From: an uncultured Chloroflexia bacterium | GTDB lineage: Bacteria > Chloroflexota > Limnocylindria > Limnocylindrales > CSP1-4 | Assembly: GCA_963734535.1 (NCBI GenBank) | Contig: CAVTHS010000004.1 | Location: 32,001 to 96,000, forward strand | DNA length: 64,000 nt | Reading direction: 5' to 3' | Shown: one piece after another, positions 10,389 through 19,370 of the stretch | Numbering within the stretch: position 1 is the stretch's first letter | Layout of the letters: the number at the start of each line of letters is the position of its first letter | Notes under the pieces: generated by a model | The model's database searches: none | The model's input: only the letters and a program-made list of their open reading frames with translations | Told to the model about the DNA's origin: nothing | Program-made: the position numbers and the translations under genes

Positions 10389-11581
10389 CGTCTCGCCTCG
10401 CCGTCCCAGCCGAGCTCGCGCGCCCGCGCGGCGCTGGCGGCGACACGCGCCGCGCGCTCCTCCGGGTCATCCACGAGCCCGAGCACCACGCGCGCCAGGT
10501 CCGCGGCGTCGCCGGGTCGGTACGTCGCGATCGTGTCGGGCCCGAAGTAGCGGGCCACGGTCGGGAGGGCGGACGCGACGGCCGGCTTCCGCATGGCGGC
10601 GTATTCGAAGAGCTTGGTCGAAAGGCTGAAGTCCGTGAACTGCGTGCGGCGCGTGGGAGCGAGGCCGATATCCGCCCCGGCGATCGCAGCCGGCACCGCC
10701 TCGAGGGCGACCCGGCCGTGGAACCGCACCCGATCCGCGACCCCGAGGCCGGCGGCCGTGGCGCGGAGGCTCGACTCGGCGTCGCCGCGGCCGTAGACCT
10801 CGAGGATCACGGGCAGCTCCGGCCGTGACGCGGCCAGCGCGGCAACGGCCTCGACCGCGACGTCGATCTCGTACGTGGGGGTGAGCGCGCCCGCGTAGAC
10901 GAGGCGCAGCACGCCATCCGCCATGAACGCCCGTTCCTCGTGCGCGGCCGGATCGAAGAGTGCGACGTCGGGCGTGTTCAGGATCACCGTCACCTTGGCG
11001 GCCGGCGTTCCGAGCGTGACCAGCCGGTCGCCGAGCGCGTCGTTGACGGTCACGATCGCGTCGGCGGCGGCGATCGAGGCGCGCTCCTGGAGGCGCAGCA
11101 GGCCCTGGGCGAGGCGCGATGCGCGCCGCGGGAACCTGGCCCGGAAGAACTCGGGCATCGCCTCGTGGAGGTCGAGGAGGACCGGCACACCGACGAGCTT
11201 GAGCGGCATGGCCGCGAACACGAGGAAGTCCGGGAGCGAGTCGACGTGGACGAGCGCGAACCGGCGCTCCGGGTGGGCCCGGGCCAGGGCGAACGTCGCG
11301 CGCACGAGGAAGTCGAGGTACTCGCGTACGTAGACCCCGATGCCGGCTCCCTGGTGCCGGCGAACATCAAGGCGGTGGATCGAGACGCCGTCGAGGACGC
11401 CCGCCGGCGGGTCGCCGGGGCGCCGAAGCGCGAACACGTCGACCGGGCGCCCGGCGCGGACGAGCGCCTCGGCCTCGCGGCGGACCCGCGAGTCCTCCTC
11501 GTAGTAGGCGTGCGCCAGGACCGCGACGCCGCGCGCCCGACGGGCCGCGGCAGGCGCGGACCCGCGAGCCTCGATGGCCAC
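10349..11581 (-). CDS. Glycosyltransferase family 4 protein (start uncertain, 11581-11668)
   Basis: DSRVRREAEAL, LDLHEAMPE and STKLFEYAAMRKP; GT-B fold. Confidence 0.9.
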   Translation of the reverse strand: MAIEARGSAPAAARRARGVAVLAHAYYEEDSRVRREAEALVRAGRPVDVFALRRPGDPPAGVLDGVSIHRLDVRRHQGAGIGVYVREYLDFLVRATFALARAHPERRFALVHVDSLPDFLVFAAMPLKLVGVPVLLDLHEAMPEFFRARFPRRASRLAQGLLRLQERASIAAADAIVTVNDALGDRLVTLGTPAAKVTVILNTPDVALFDPAAHEERAFMADGVLRLVYAGALTPTYEIDVAVEAVAALAASRPELPVILEVYGRGDAESSLRATAAGLGVADRVRFHGRVALEAVPAAIAGADIGLAPTRRTQFTDFSLSTKLFEYAAMRKPAVASALPTVARYFGPDTIATYRPGDAADLARVVLGLVDDPEERAARVAASAARARELGWDGEARRYCALVERLIRER

Positions 11582-11753
11582 AGACGAGTCGGGGACGTTG
11601 CACCTCCGGGACGCGGTGCGGGTCAGGCCCGCGACGGGCGAGAACGGGCGCACATGCCGTCGGTTCATCGTAGCAACCCGCAGCGGACGCGGCGACCGCG
11701 GGCGACCGTGAGACGACGTTCACGAAGGCTGGGGTGATACCCTTTCCCGGCTC

Positions 11754-12632
11754 ATGACCACCTCGGAGACGCACGCCTCGTTCAGCTCGTCCGCGGCCCG
11801 GCCCGGCCCGATCGCGCTCCTCCGCCAGGCGGTCGACGACATCCGATCCCGGCGACAGCTCATCGGCTACCTGGTCCGGGCGGATGCGAAGAAGAAGGGC
11901 ACCGACACCCTGCTGGGCAATATCTGGTGGGTGCTCGATCCGCTCCTCCAGATGCTCGTCTACGTCATCCTCGTGTCGGTCATCCTGCAGAACTCGCAGC
12001 CCGACTACCCGCTCTTCATCTTCGCCGCGATCCTGCCCTGGAAGTGGTTCATGAGCTCGGTGAGCGACGCGATCGGCTCGATCACGACCCAGGACCGGCT
12101 CATCAAGCAGCTCAAGTTCCCCAAGATCGTGCTTCCCACGGCGACCACCGTGGCGGCGATCCTGCACTTCGTCTTCGGGCTGATCCCGCTCGGCTTCCTG
12201 CTCGTGCTGCTGTACCGCGATCGCATCTCGGGGAACCTCGTCTTCCTGCCGGCGATCGCCGCAGTCCAGTTCCTCTTCACCCTTGCGTTCGCGTACGTCG
12301 TCGCCGCGGTCAACGTCTTCTACCGCGACGTCGAGAACGTCAGCCGGCACGCCCTGCGCATGTGGTTCTACCTCTCGCCGGCCCTCTACGGGGCGTCGGC
12401 GATCGACCGCATCGCGAGCTCGCATCCGACCCTGATCGAGCTCTTCAAGCTGAACCCCTTCTACGTCCTCTTCACCTCGTACCGCAACGTGATCTACGGG
12501 TCGACCACGGGCGCTCCGACCGGGCCCGACTGGACCGGCCTGCTGGTTCTCTCGGGCGTCTCGGTGATCTTCCTCGCCCTCGCCACGATCCTCTTCAAGC
12601 GGGTCGAGCCGGCCTTCGCGAAGGTGCTCTAG
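11754..12632 (+). CDS. wzm: ABC-2 polysaccharide exporter permease (Wzm/TagG-like)
   Basis: LGNIWWVLDPLLQM, YRDV, FYLSP, LNP motifs; six TM helices. Confidence 0.92.
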   Translation: MTTSETHASFSSSAARPGPIALLRQAVDDIRSRRQLIGYLVRADAKKKGTDTLLGNIWWVLDPLLQMLVYVILVSVILQNSQPDYPLFIFAAILPWKWFMSSVSDAIGSITTQDRLIKQLKFPKIVLPTATTVAAILHFVFGLIPLGFLLVLLYRDRISGNLVFLPAIAAVQFLFTLAFAYVVAAVNVFYRDVENVSRHALRMWFYLSPALYGASAIDRIASSHPTLIELFKLNPFYVLFTSYRNVIYGSTTGAPTGPDWTGLLVLSGVSVIFLALATILFKRVEPAFAKVL

Positions 12633-13453
12633 TGGCCAACGTGCTGCGCGGCGGCGCAGCGTCGTACGCGATCGACGTCCGCGGCGTCGGGGTCAAGTAC
12701 GACCTGCGCCTGACCCGGAAGAACACGCTGCGGACCTCGTTCACGCGCCTCGCCCACCGCCGGCGCGGCGTGGACCGGACGTTCTGGGCGCTCCGGGACG
12801 TCTCGTTCCGCCTCGTCCACGGCGAGTCGCTGGGCGTCATCGGCCCCAACGGCGCGGGGAAGAGCACGCTCCTCCAGGTCCTCGCCGGGATCATCACGCC
12901 CTCGGAGGGTGCGATCGACGTCGTGGGGAACGTGTCGAGCCTCCTCACCCTGGGCGCCGGCTTCGACCAGGAGCTGACGGGCCGCGACAACATCTTCCTC
13001 GCCGGCGCGTTCCTCGGGATCCAGGGCGAGGAGATGGCGCACCGGAGCGCAGGGATCGTTGACTTCGCAGACCTCGGCCAGTTCATCGACGCCCCGATCA
13101 AGACGTACTCGTCGGGAATGCGGGCGCGCCTCGGGTTCGCGATCGCAACCGCCGTCGATCCCGACGTCCTGCTCCTCGACGAGGTGCTCTCGACCGGCGA
13201 CCAGGTCTTCCGGGCCAAGAGCAAGGCGCGCGTCCTCGAGATCGCCGCGGCGGCCAAGGCCGTCGTGCTCGTGACCCACGACATGAACTGGGTCACCGAG
13301 TTCTGCAACCGCGCGATCCTCATCGAGCAGGGTCATGTCGTCGCCGAAGGAGACCCCGCCGAGGTCGTCGCGATCCACCAGGAGCGCTCCGAGCGCTCAC
13401 GGGCCGAGAAGGCGGCGGAAGTCGCCCGGATCCTCGCCGGGGCCACGGCCTGA
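12632..13453 (+). CDS. wzt: ABC polysaccharide exporter ATP-binding subunit (Wzt/TagH-like)
   Basis: GTG start overlapping the wzm stop; FWALRDVSF, Walker A GPNGAGKST, signature YSSGMRARLGF, Walker B LLLDE. Confidence 0.93.
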   Translation: MANVLRGGAASYAIDVRGVGVKYDLRLTRKNTLRTSFTRLAHRRRGVDRTFWALRDVSFRLVHGESLGVIGPNGAGKSTLLQVLAGIITPSEGAIDVVGNVSSLLTLGAGFDQELTGRDNIFLAGAFLGIQGEEMAHRSAGIVDFADLGQFIDAPIKTYSSGMRARLGFAIATAVDPDVLLLDEVLSTGDQVFRAKSKARVLEIAAAAKAVVLVTHDMNWVTEFCNRAILIEQGHVVAEGDPAEVVAIHQERSERSRAEKAAEVARILAGATA

Positions 13454-13458
13454 GGGGA

Positions 13459-15369
13459 GTGGACCCCGCCTCGGCGCCCGGGTTGGTGCTGGCCGGAGCG
13501 ACCGGCGGAGCGTGGCCGCGCCGGATCCTGGTGGTCGCACGCTGGTATCCGTGCCACGACGACGCGGGCAGCGGGAGCTTCGTGAGCGACCAGGTCGCGG
13601 CGCTCCGCGCGGCCGGGATCGACGTCGTCGTGGCCTCCTGGGAGAACGCCGACCTCCGATCCCGCGATGAGGACGTGGAGGCAATCCGCCGGCCGGCGGT
13701 CGCGGCCTGGGCGCGTGCCGTCGCACAGGCCGACGCGGTATCTGCGCCGCGTGCGTGGGGCGCCGGAGTTCCCGTCGCCCGGCTCCCGGCCCTGCATACC
13801 GGCGGGCGGCTTCCAGCTCGCGTGGCGATCGAGACGCACGCCGCGCTTCTCGTGCCGTTCGCGACCGCGCTCGCGGAACGATGGCCGTTCGACCTCGTCC
13901 ACGCCCACGTGGGCATCCCCGACGGCGCTGCGGCCGCCCGGGTCGCCGCCGCGCTCGGTCTGCCGCTCCTGGTCACGGAGCATTCGTCGAGCGCCGCGGC
14001 GCTCCTCGAGGAGGAGGACGCCAGGAGTGCGTACCTGGATCTCCGCGGCGATGGCCGGCGGGTTGTCGCCGTGAGCCGGGCGCTCGCTGCAAGGCTGGAG
14101 GCATCACTGGGGCTCGAGCGCGGCACGATCCCCGTCGTCCCGAACATCATCCACTTCGAGAGCTTCCCGCTCGGGGCGCCGGCGGATCGCGACCCCGACG
14201 AGCTCCTCTGGGTGGGGGCTCGCCGCGAGCACAAGGGAACCGACGTGCTTATCCGGGCGGTCGCCATCGCCCGCGCACAGCAGCCGGGCCTGCACCTCCG
14301 CCTCGTGGGACGTGCGCCTGACCAGGCCGGGGACAGGCCGTGGCGCGAGCTCGCCGAGCAGGTCGGCCTGGGCGACGCGGTCGTCTTCGAGCCGCCAACC
14401 GACCGGGCCGGCGTCGCGGCGGCGATGCGCCGCGCGGGGATCTTCGTCCATCCCAGCCCCTACGAGACCTTCGGGATGGTCGCGGCGGAAGCGCTCGCAA
14501 GCGGCCTCCCCGTGGCGGCGCGACGGTCCGGGGGCGTGGAGGAGATCCTCGCGGGCGAGGCAGCCGGGGCCGAGCTCGCCGCTGGCGACGATGCGGCCGC
14601 GCTCGCCGCCGCCATCCTGCGGCTGCGGTCCCGTCTCGCGGAGGTCGACCCGGCAGCCATCCGGGAGGCCGTCACGGGTCGATTCCCGACGGCCGGGACG
14701 GTCGCGGCGCTCCTCGGCCACGCACGTGACGCGGCAGCCGAGCTGCCGGCGACCCGTGGCCGCAGCGTCGCCGGCACGACAACGCGGCCGGCGGCCGCCC
14801 GTCCCGCGAAGGCGGGCGAGGAGGCCCGAGCCGCCGGCGCGCTCCTGCCGTCGGTTCTCGTCGTCGGCCTCCGGAGGCCGATCGCGGCGCGCCGGGTCGC
14901 GGCGCTCCCGCCGGCCCTGGCGTCCCGTCTCACGGTGGTCACAACGGTCGAGGCCGGGGAGCGTGATGGTGCGCTGCCGCCGGGCGCACGCTGGATCGAG
15001 ATCGACCTGGACGACACCTATGCCCGCCGGCTTGCCGGGCTCGGCGGCCCGCTCGACGTGCGCCGCACGACGCTGCAGCGCCTGGTGGCCGCGTGCCTCC
15101 ACCCGCGCCGGAGCGTGCTGCGCCGACAGCTGCTCGACGAGCGACCGGCGTTGCGAGCCGCCGCCGAGCGCGACGGGGTCCTGAGCGCGTGGCGAGCGCT
15201 CACGGGTGGGGCGGGGGCGGGCGAGGCCGGGGCCGGCGGCGTCATCGTCGTGGCGCTCGGCGCCGAGGACGTCGTCGCATCGGCGGACGCCCTCGGCGTG
15301 GGAGGCGTGCTGGCCCCGGGCGGGCTGCGCTGGCTCGCAGATGCATGGGACGCCGCCGGCCGGCCGTAA
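13459..15369 (+). CDS. Glycosyltransferase family 4 protein with ~200-aa C-terminal extension
   Basis: DLVHAH, VTEHS, KGTDVL and FVHPSPYETFGMVAAEALASGLPV. Confidence 0.85.
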   Translation: MDPASAPGLVLAGATGGAWPRRILVVARWYPCHDDAGSGSFVSDQVAALRAAGIDVVVASWENADLRSRDEDVEAIRRPAVAAWARAVAQADAVSAPRAWGAGVPVARLPALHTGGRLPARVAIETHAALLVPFATALAERWPFDLVHAHVGIPDGAAAARVAAALGLPLLVTEHSSSAAALLEEEDARSAYLDLRGDGRRVVAVSRALAARLEASLGLERGTIPVVPNIIHFESFPLGAPADRDPDELLWVGARREHKGTDVLIRAVAIARAQQPGLHLRLVGRAPDQAGDRPWRELAEQVGLGDAVVFEPPTDRAGVAAAMRRAGIFVHPSPYETFGMVAAEALASGLPVAARRSGGVEEILAGEAAGAELAAGDDAAALAAAILRLRSRLAEVDPAAIREAVTGRFPTAGTVAALLGHARDAAAELPATRGRSVAGTTTRPAAARPAKAGEEARAAGALLPSVLVVGLRRPIAARRVAALPPALASRLTVVTTVEAGERDGALPPGARWIEIDLDDTYARRLAGLGGPLDVRRTTLQRLVAACLHPRRSVLRRQLLDERPALRAAAERDGVLSAWRALTGGAGAGEAGAGGVIVVALGAEDVVASADALGVGGVLAPGGLRWLADAWDAAGRP

Positions 15370-15431
15370 CGCCGGACTCTTCCGGTCACGCGGCCGGTGG
15401 CCGTACCGTCACGACGCGCGCGGCGGTCGCC

Positions 15432-16751
15432 CTACCACGGCCTGCCGGTGAGCCGCCCGTAGACCTCCAGGAGCGTGGCGGCCTGCCGCTCCCACGTCCA
15501 GCGAGCGTGGGCGGCCGCGAGGACGCGACGGCGGAGGTCCGCCGTCTCCTCCGTGGACCGGTCGAGGACGACCCGGAGCGCGGCTGCGATCGCGACGGGG
15601 TCGGTGGGGTCGCACACCGCGCCGAGCGGGCCGTCCGGGTCGTCGATCACGATCCGCCGTCGAGCGGGGAAGTCGGACGACACGACGGGAACGCCGGCCG
15701 CCAGGCACTCGAACAGCTTGTTGGGCGTGGAGATGCGCTCGTTCCTCGAGATCGGCTGGTTGACCATCACCCCCACGTCGGCTGCCGCGATCCAGGGCAC
15801 GAGCTCGGCCGGAGGCACGGGCGGCAGCACGTGGACGCGGCCGTCCGCACGGGGCTCACCCGCGAGCCGCGCGAGGGTCGGTCGCAGCGGGCCGTCGCCC
15901 ATCAAGACCAGCGCGACCCCGCGGACCGACAGAACGGCCGTCGCGAGGACGTCGATGCCGCGACTCGGCAGGAATCCGCCGTGGTAGAGGACCACCCGGG
16001 TCTCCGGCGCAAGCCCCAGGAGCGCGTGGAACCGGCGGTCCGGCCGCGAGGGCGGCGTCCACGCGGGCAGGCAGTTCATGACCACCGCCGGCAGCGGCCG
16101 GTCAAATCGCCCGGCGAGAATCGTCGCCAGCTCGTCGTTCACCGTGATGATCCCGTCGGATCCGCGGGCCCAGCGTCGCTCGAGAAGGCCGGCGAGCGAA
16201 CGAACGGGCGCCGGCATCCGGGCCAGGTTGCCCGACTCGGGGTAGAGATCCCGGGCGTCGTACAGGGCCCTGGCGCGAGCGCGGCGTGCGAGCGAGAGCG
16301 CGATCGGGATCCCCTGGTACGCCATTCCGTGGTAGAGGTCGGCGCCGGGGTCGACGGCCGCGGCCTCTCGGACCTGGCGCCGCAGGGCGAGGCCGATCCC
16401 GGCGAGGCGCTCGACCTCGCCGCGGACCCGTCCCAGGGACGCCTCCGCGTGCGAGGTGCGGGCGGCCGGGGGCGCCCCGACGCGCACGACGCGATACCCG
16501 CCCGGCGAGTCCAGGGACGCCGCAGCGCCGTCCGGGGCCGCAGCGCCGTCCGGGGCCGCAGCGCCGGGGCCGCGACGGGCGAGGATGGTAACCCGGTGGC
16601 CCCGGCCCGCGAGCGTGGCGGCGATCCGGAGGCTCCGCGAATCGTGGTGCTCGGGCGTCGAGAGGACGAGGACCGCACGCTGCGGGACGATCGACGACGG
16701 GTGATCCACGGCTTCCGGACCGGTCATGCCGCTGGACATGCCGGCGGCCAT
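15432..16751 (-). CDS. Glycosyltransferase family 4 protein
   Basis: GGAGG RBS before ATG 16751; DSRSLR, LYHGGF..RG and TPNKLFECLAAGVPVVSSD. Confidence 0.88.
   Translation of the reverse strand: MAAGMSSGMTGPEAVDHPSSIVPQRAVLVLSTPEHHDSRSLRIAATLAGRGHRVTILARRGPGAAAPDGAAAPDGAAASLDSPGGYRVVRVGAPPAARTSHAEASLGRVRGEVERLAGIGLALRRQVREAAAVDPGADLYHGMAYQGIPIALSLARRARARALYDARDLYPESGNLARMPAPVRSLAGLLERRWARGSDGIITVNDELATILAGRFDRPLPAVVMNCLPAWTPPSRPDRRFHALLGLAPETRVVLYHGGFLPSRGIDVLATAVLSVRGVALVLMGDGPLRPTLARLAGEPRADGRVHVLPPVPPAELVPWIAAADVGVMVNQPISRNERISTPNKLFECLAAGVPVVSSDFPARRRIVIDDPDGPLGAVCDPTDPVAIAAALRVVLDRSTEETADLRRRVLAAAHARWTWERQAATLLEVYGRLTGRPW
16519..16566. repeat. In-frame 18-bp tandem repeat (~2.5 copies) encoding APDGAA in the GT4 gene
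   Basis: GCCGCAGCGCCGTCCGGG repeated; protein reads AAAPDGAAAPDGAAA. Confidence 0.7.
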
Positions 16752-16788
16752 TCCGCCGGCACCTCCCCGGGCGCGTTCGCGGGACCGA

Positions 16789-18228
16789 TCATGCGCTCGA
16801 CGCGGCCAGGTCCGCGTACAGCTCGACCAGCCGCGCGGACTCCGTCTCCCAGTTCCAGCGATCCCGCGCTGCGCCCAGGCAGCGTTCGCGCAGGGCCGCG
16901 CGCTCGTCGGTCGGGCGTCCGAGCAGGCCGGCGATCGATCCGGCGATCGACGCCGGGTCGGTCGGGTCGCAGAGCACGCCCAGCGGCCCGGCCGGGTCCT
17001 CCATGACAATTCGACGCAGCTCGGGCAGGTCGGACGCGACGATCGGGACGCCTGCCGCGAGGGCCTCGAAGAGCTTGTTCGGGGTGGACAGGCGGTGGTT
17101 CAGGGTCGAGTCCTGGATGGGCATCACGGCGACGTCCGCGTCCCGCACCCAGTCGATGAGGACGTCCGGCGACACCGCCGGCAGGACGTGGACGCGGTCG
17201 GCCACCGGTGACGCGGCGGCGAGCGCCCGGAGCTCCGCGGCCTGGGAGCCGTAGCCGAGGAAGACGACGTGGGTCCCATCGAGGACCGGCAGCGCGGCCG
17301 CGGCGACGAGCTCCTCGAGGCCGCGATGCTTCGAGAAGCCGCCGTGGTAGAGCGCCAGCGGAACGTCGGTCCCGATGCCCAGCGCGGCGCGGAGGGGCCC
17401 GGAGACCGGGAGCTGCCGGGGCGCGTCGGCGAGCGGCCCCGGTGCCTCCGGGGCGGGTCCCGGGCGCGGCGGGCAGTTGTGGACCACGACGACGCGGCGT
17501 GGCAGGTAGCGCTCGCCGAGCTCCCGCGCAAGTGCGTCATTGACGGTCACGAGCGCGTCTGCCGCGCCCACCCAGGCGGCCTCCCGCCGGCGGAAGATGC
17601 TGCGCGCCCAGCCCGGTCGCGTGGCGTGCGAACCCGACTCCAGGAAGATCTCGTGGCTGTCATAGACGAGGGCGCCGCCCGCCCGGGCACGCGCGAGGAC
17701 CGCGGCGTGGAGCGCGTTGAGATCGTGGCCGTGGAAGACGTCTGCGCCGGGCGCGGCCGCCGCAGCGGCACGATCCCACTCCTCCGTCGAGGATCGCCAC
17801 CGAACCAGCCAGTCGATGCCGCTGCGGAGCCGCGCGGTGCCGGGCAGCGCGACCGGACCAGGACCATCACGAGCACGCCCGCGACGACGAACGGGAAGGC
17901 CACGAGCGCCGCGATCCCGGCGAGGGCCAGCCTGACCCACCCGAGCGGACCGGCTCGCAGCTGGTCCCGGGCCCACCAGCCGGCCAGGCGCCAGCCCCGC
18001 CACGGCGCCGCGGCAAGCCGGACGCGGCGGCGCCACCGCAGGGGCACGGGGATTCTGGACGATCTCGAATCCGTCGCGCTGCTCCGTCTCGCTCCGCTGG
18101 TCGTTGAGGTCCGACGGGCGCGCCATGATCGTCACCTGGTGACCGGCGCCGACCAGCGTGCCGGCCTCGCGCAGGACGCGCGCGTCCGTTCGGCAGTCGT
18201 TGAGGACGAACATGACGACGCGGCTCAC
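16789..18228 (-). CDS. Glycosyltransferase family 4 protein (two compensating frameshifts, ~18050 and ~17850)
   Basis: GTG overlapping the wecB stop; MFVLND..TDARVLREA, FHGHDL, YDSHE, STPNKLFEALAAGVP. The segment between the shifts reads plausibly only in the 17547..18047 frame. Confidence 0.85.
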   Translation of the reverse strand: MSRVVMFVLNDCRTDARVLREAGTLVGAGHQVTIMARPSDLNDQRSETEQRDGFEIVQNPRAPAVAPPRPACRGAVAGLAPGRLVGPGPAASRSARVGQAGPRRDRGARGLPVRRRGRARDGPGPVALPGTARLRSGIDWLVRWRSSTEEWDRAAAAAAPGADVFHGHDLNALHAAVLARARAGGALVYDSHEIFLESGSHATRPGWARSIFRRREAAWVGAADALVTVNDALARELGERYLPRRVVVVHNCPPRPGPAPEAPGPLADAPRQLPVSGPLRAALGIGTDVPLALYHGGFSKHRGLEELVAAAALPVLDGTHVVFLGYGSQAAELRALAAASPVADRVHVLPAVSPDVLIDWVRDADVAVMPIQDSTLNHRLSTPNKLFEALAAGVPIVASDLPELRRIVMEDPAGPLGVLCDPTDPASIAGSIAGLLGRPTDERAALRERCLGAARDRWNWETESARLVELYADLAASSA

Positions 18229-19346
18229 GCGGCCCCCTCGGCGGCGGCGAGCGCCGCGACGATGGCCCCCGCGGCGCCTGACGGCGCGAGGTCGAGCGAC
18301 GCAGCACGGGCCCGGGCATCTTCCGCAGACCCGTTCGGCGATGCAAGCCGGTCCAGCGCATCCCGCGCACGGTCCGCATCCAGCCCCACGAGCACCATCC
18401 GGCCGCCCGACCCGCCGACCGCCTCGGACCACTCGGTCGTGGACCGCAGCACCAGGCACGGCGTGCCCAGCCAGGCGGCCTCGCGCTGGACCCCGCCCGA
18501 GTCCGTGAGGATCGCGGCGGCGTGCAGCTGCAGCGTCAGCGTGGTCCGGTAACCCAGGGGCTCCACGACGCGGACGCCAGGCGGCAGGACGACACCCGCC
18601 TCGTCGAGGGCGGCACGGGTCCCCGGATGGAGCGCGAGGATGACCGGCCTGCCCGGGCGGGCGGCACTCGCGAGGATGCCGGGCCAGGTCGCGAGCGCCC
18701 CCGGCGTCCGGTTCTCCGCGCGGTGGATGGTCGCGAACAGGTACCCGCCCGGGGAGAGCGGGATGCCCAGGCGCGACGCGAGGGCCGCAAGCGCAGCCGC
18801 GTCCCGGACCTCCGCGACGGTGCGCGACGCGAGGTCCTGCATCAGGTCGCCCACCTCCACCACGCCGATGGTGATCCCTTCGGCCGCGAGATTCGCCACG
18901 GCCGTGGGGGTCGGCGCGAAGCACCATGTCGCCAGGTGGTCGGCGACGACGCGGTTGATCTCCTCGGGCATGCGCCGGTCGAAGCTGCGAAGGCCCGCCT
19001 CGACGTGCGCCACCGGGATCCCCAGCTTCGCCGCGGCGAGCGCCCCGGCCAGCGTCGAGTTCGTGTCGCCGTAGACAAGGACGGCGTCGGGCCGCTCGGC
19101 GACCAGGATCGGCTCGAGGGCTTCGAGCATCCGCCCGGTCTGGTCGGCGTGCCCTCCGCCGCCGACCCCGAGGCTGTGGTCGGGCCGGGGCAGGCCCAGC
19201 TCCGCGAAGAACGCGCCAGCCATCCGCTCGTCCCAGTGCTGCCCGGTGTCGACGAAGACCTCGGCATGGCGGTCGCGCAGGGCCGGCCCGAGGGCCGCGG
19301 CCTTGATGAGCTGCGGGCGGGTTCCCACGACGCTGACGATGCGCAT
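18225..19346 (-). CDS. wecB: UDP-N-acetylglucosamine 2-epimerase, non-hydrolysing (WecB/WbpI-like)
   Basis: VGTRPQLIK, TGQH, YGDTNST, HVEAGLRS, PEEINR, TDSGGVQREA. Confidence 0.95.
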   Translation of the reverse strand: MRIVSVVGTRPQLIKAAALGPALRDRHAEVFVDTGQHWDERMAGAFFAELGLPRPDHSLGVGGGGHADQTGRMLEALEPILVAERPDAVLVYGDTNSTLAGALAAAKLGIPVAHVEAGLRSFDRRMPEEINRVVADHLATWCFAPTPTAVANLAAEGITIGVVEVGDLMQDLASRTVAEVRDAAALAALASRLGIPLSPGGYLFATIHRAENRTPGALATWPGILASAARPGRPVILALHPGTRAALDEAGVVLPPGVRVVEPLGYRTTLTLQLHAAAILTDSGGVQREAAWLGTPCLVLRSTTEWSEAVGGSGGRMVLVGLDADRARDALDRLASPNGSAEDARARAASLDLAPSGAAGAIVAALAAAEGAA

Positions 19347-19370
19347 GGGCGTCGGAAGCCGGGTCCCCGG

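Noticed and set aside
16519-16566. 18-bp tandem repeat as a contingency locus
   Set aside because: In-frame, only ~2.5 copies, in a probable loop; copy change would not switch expression.
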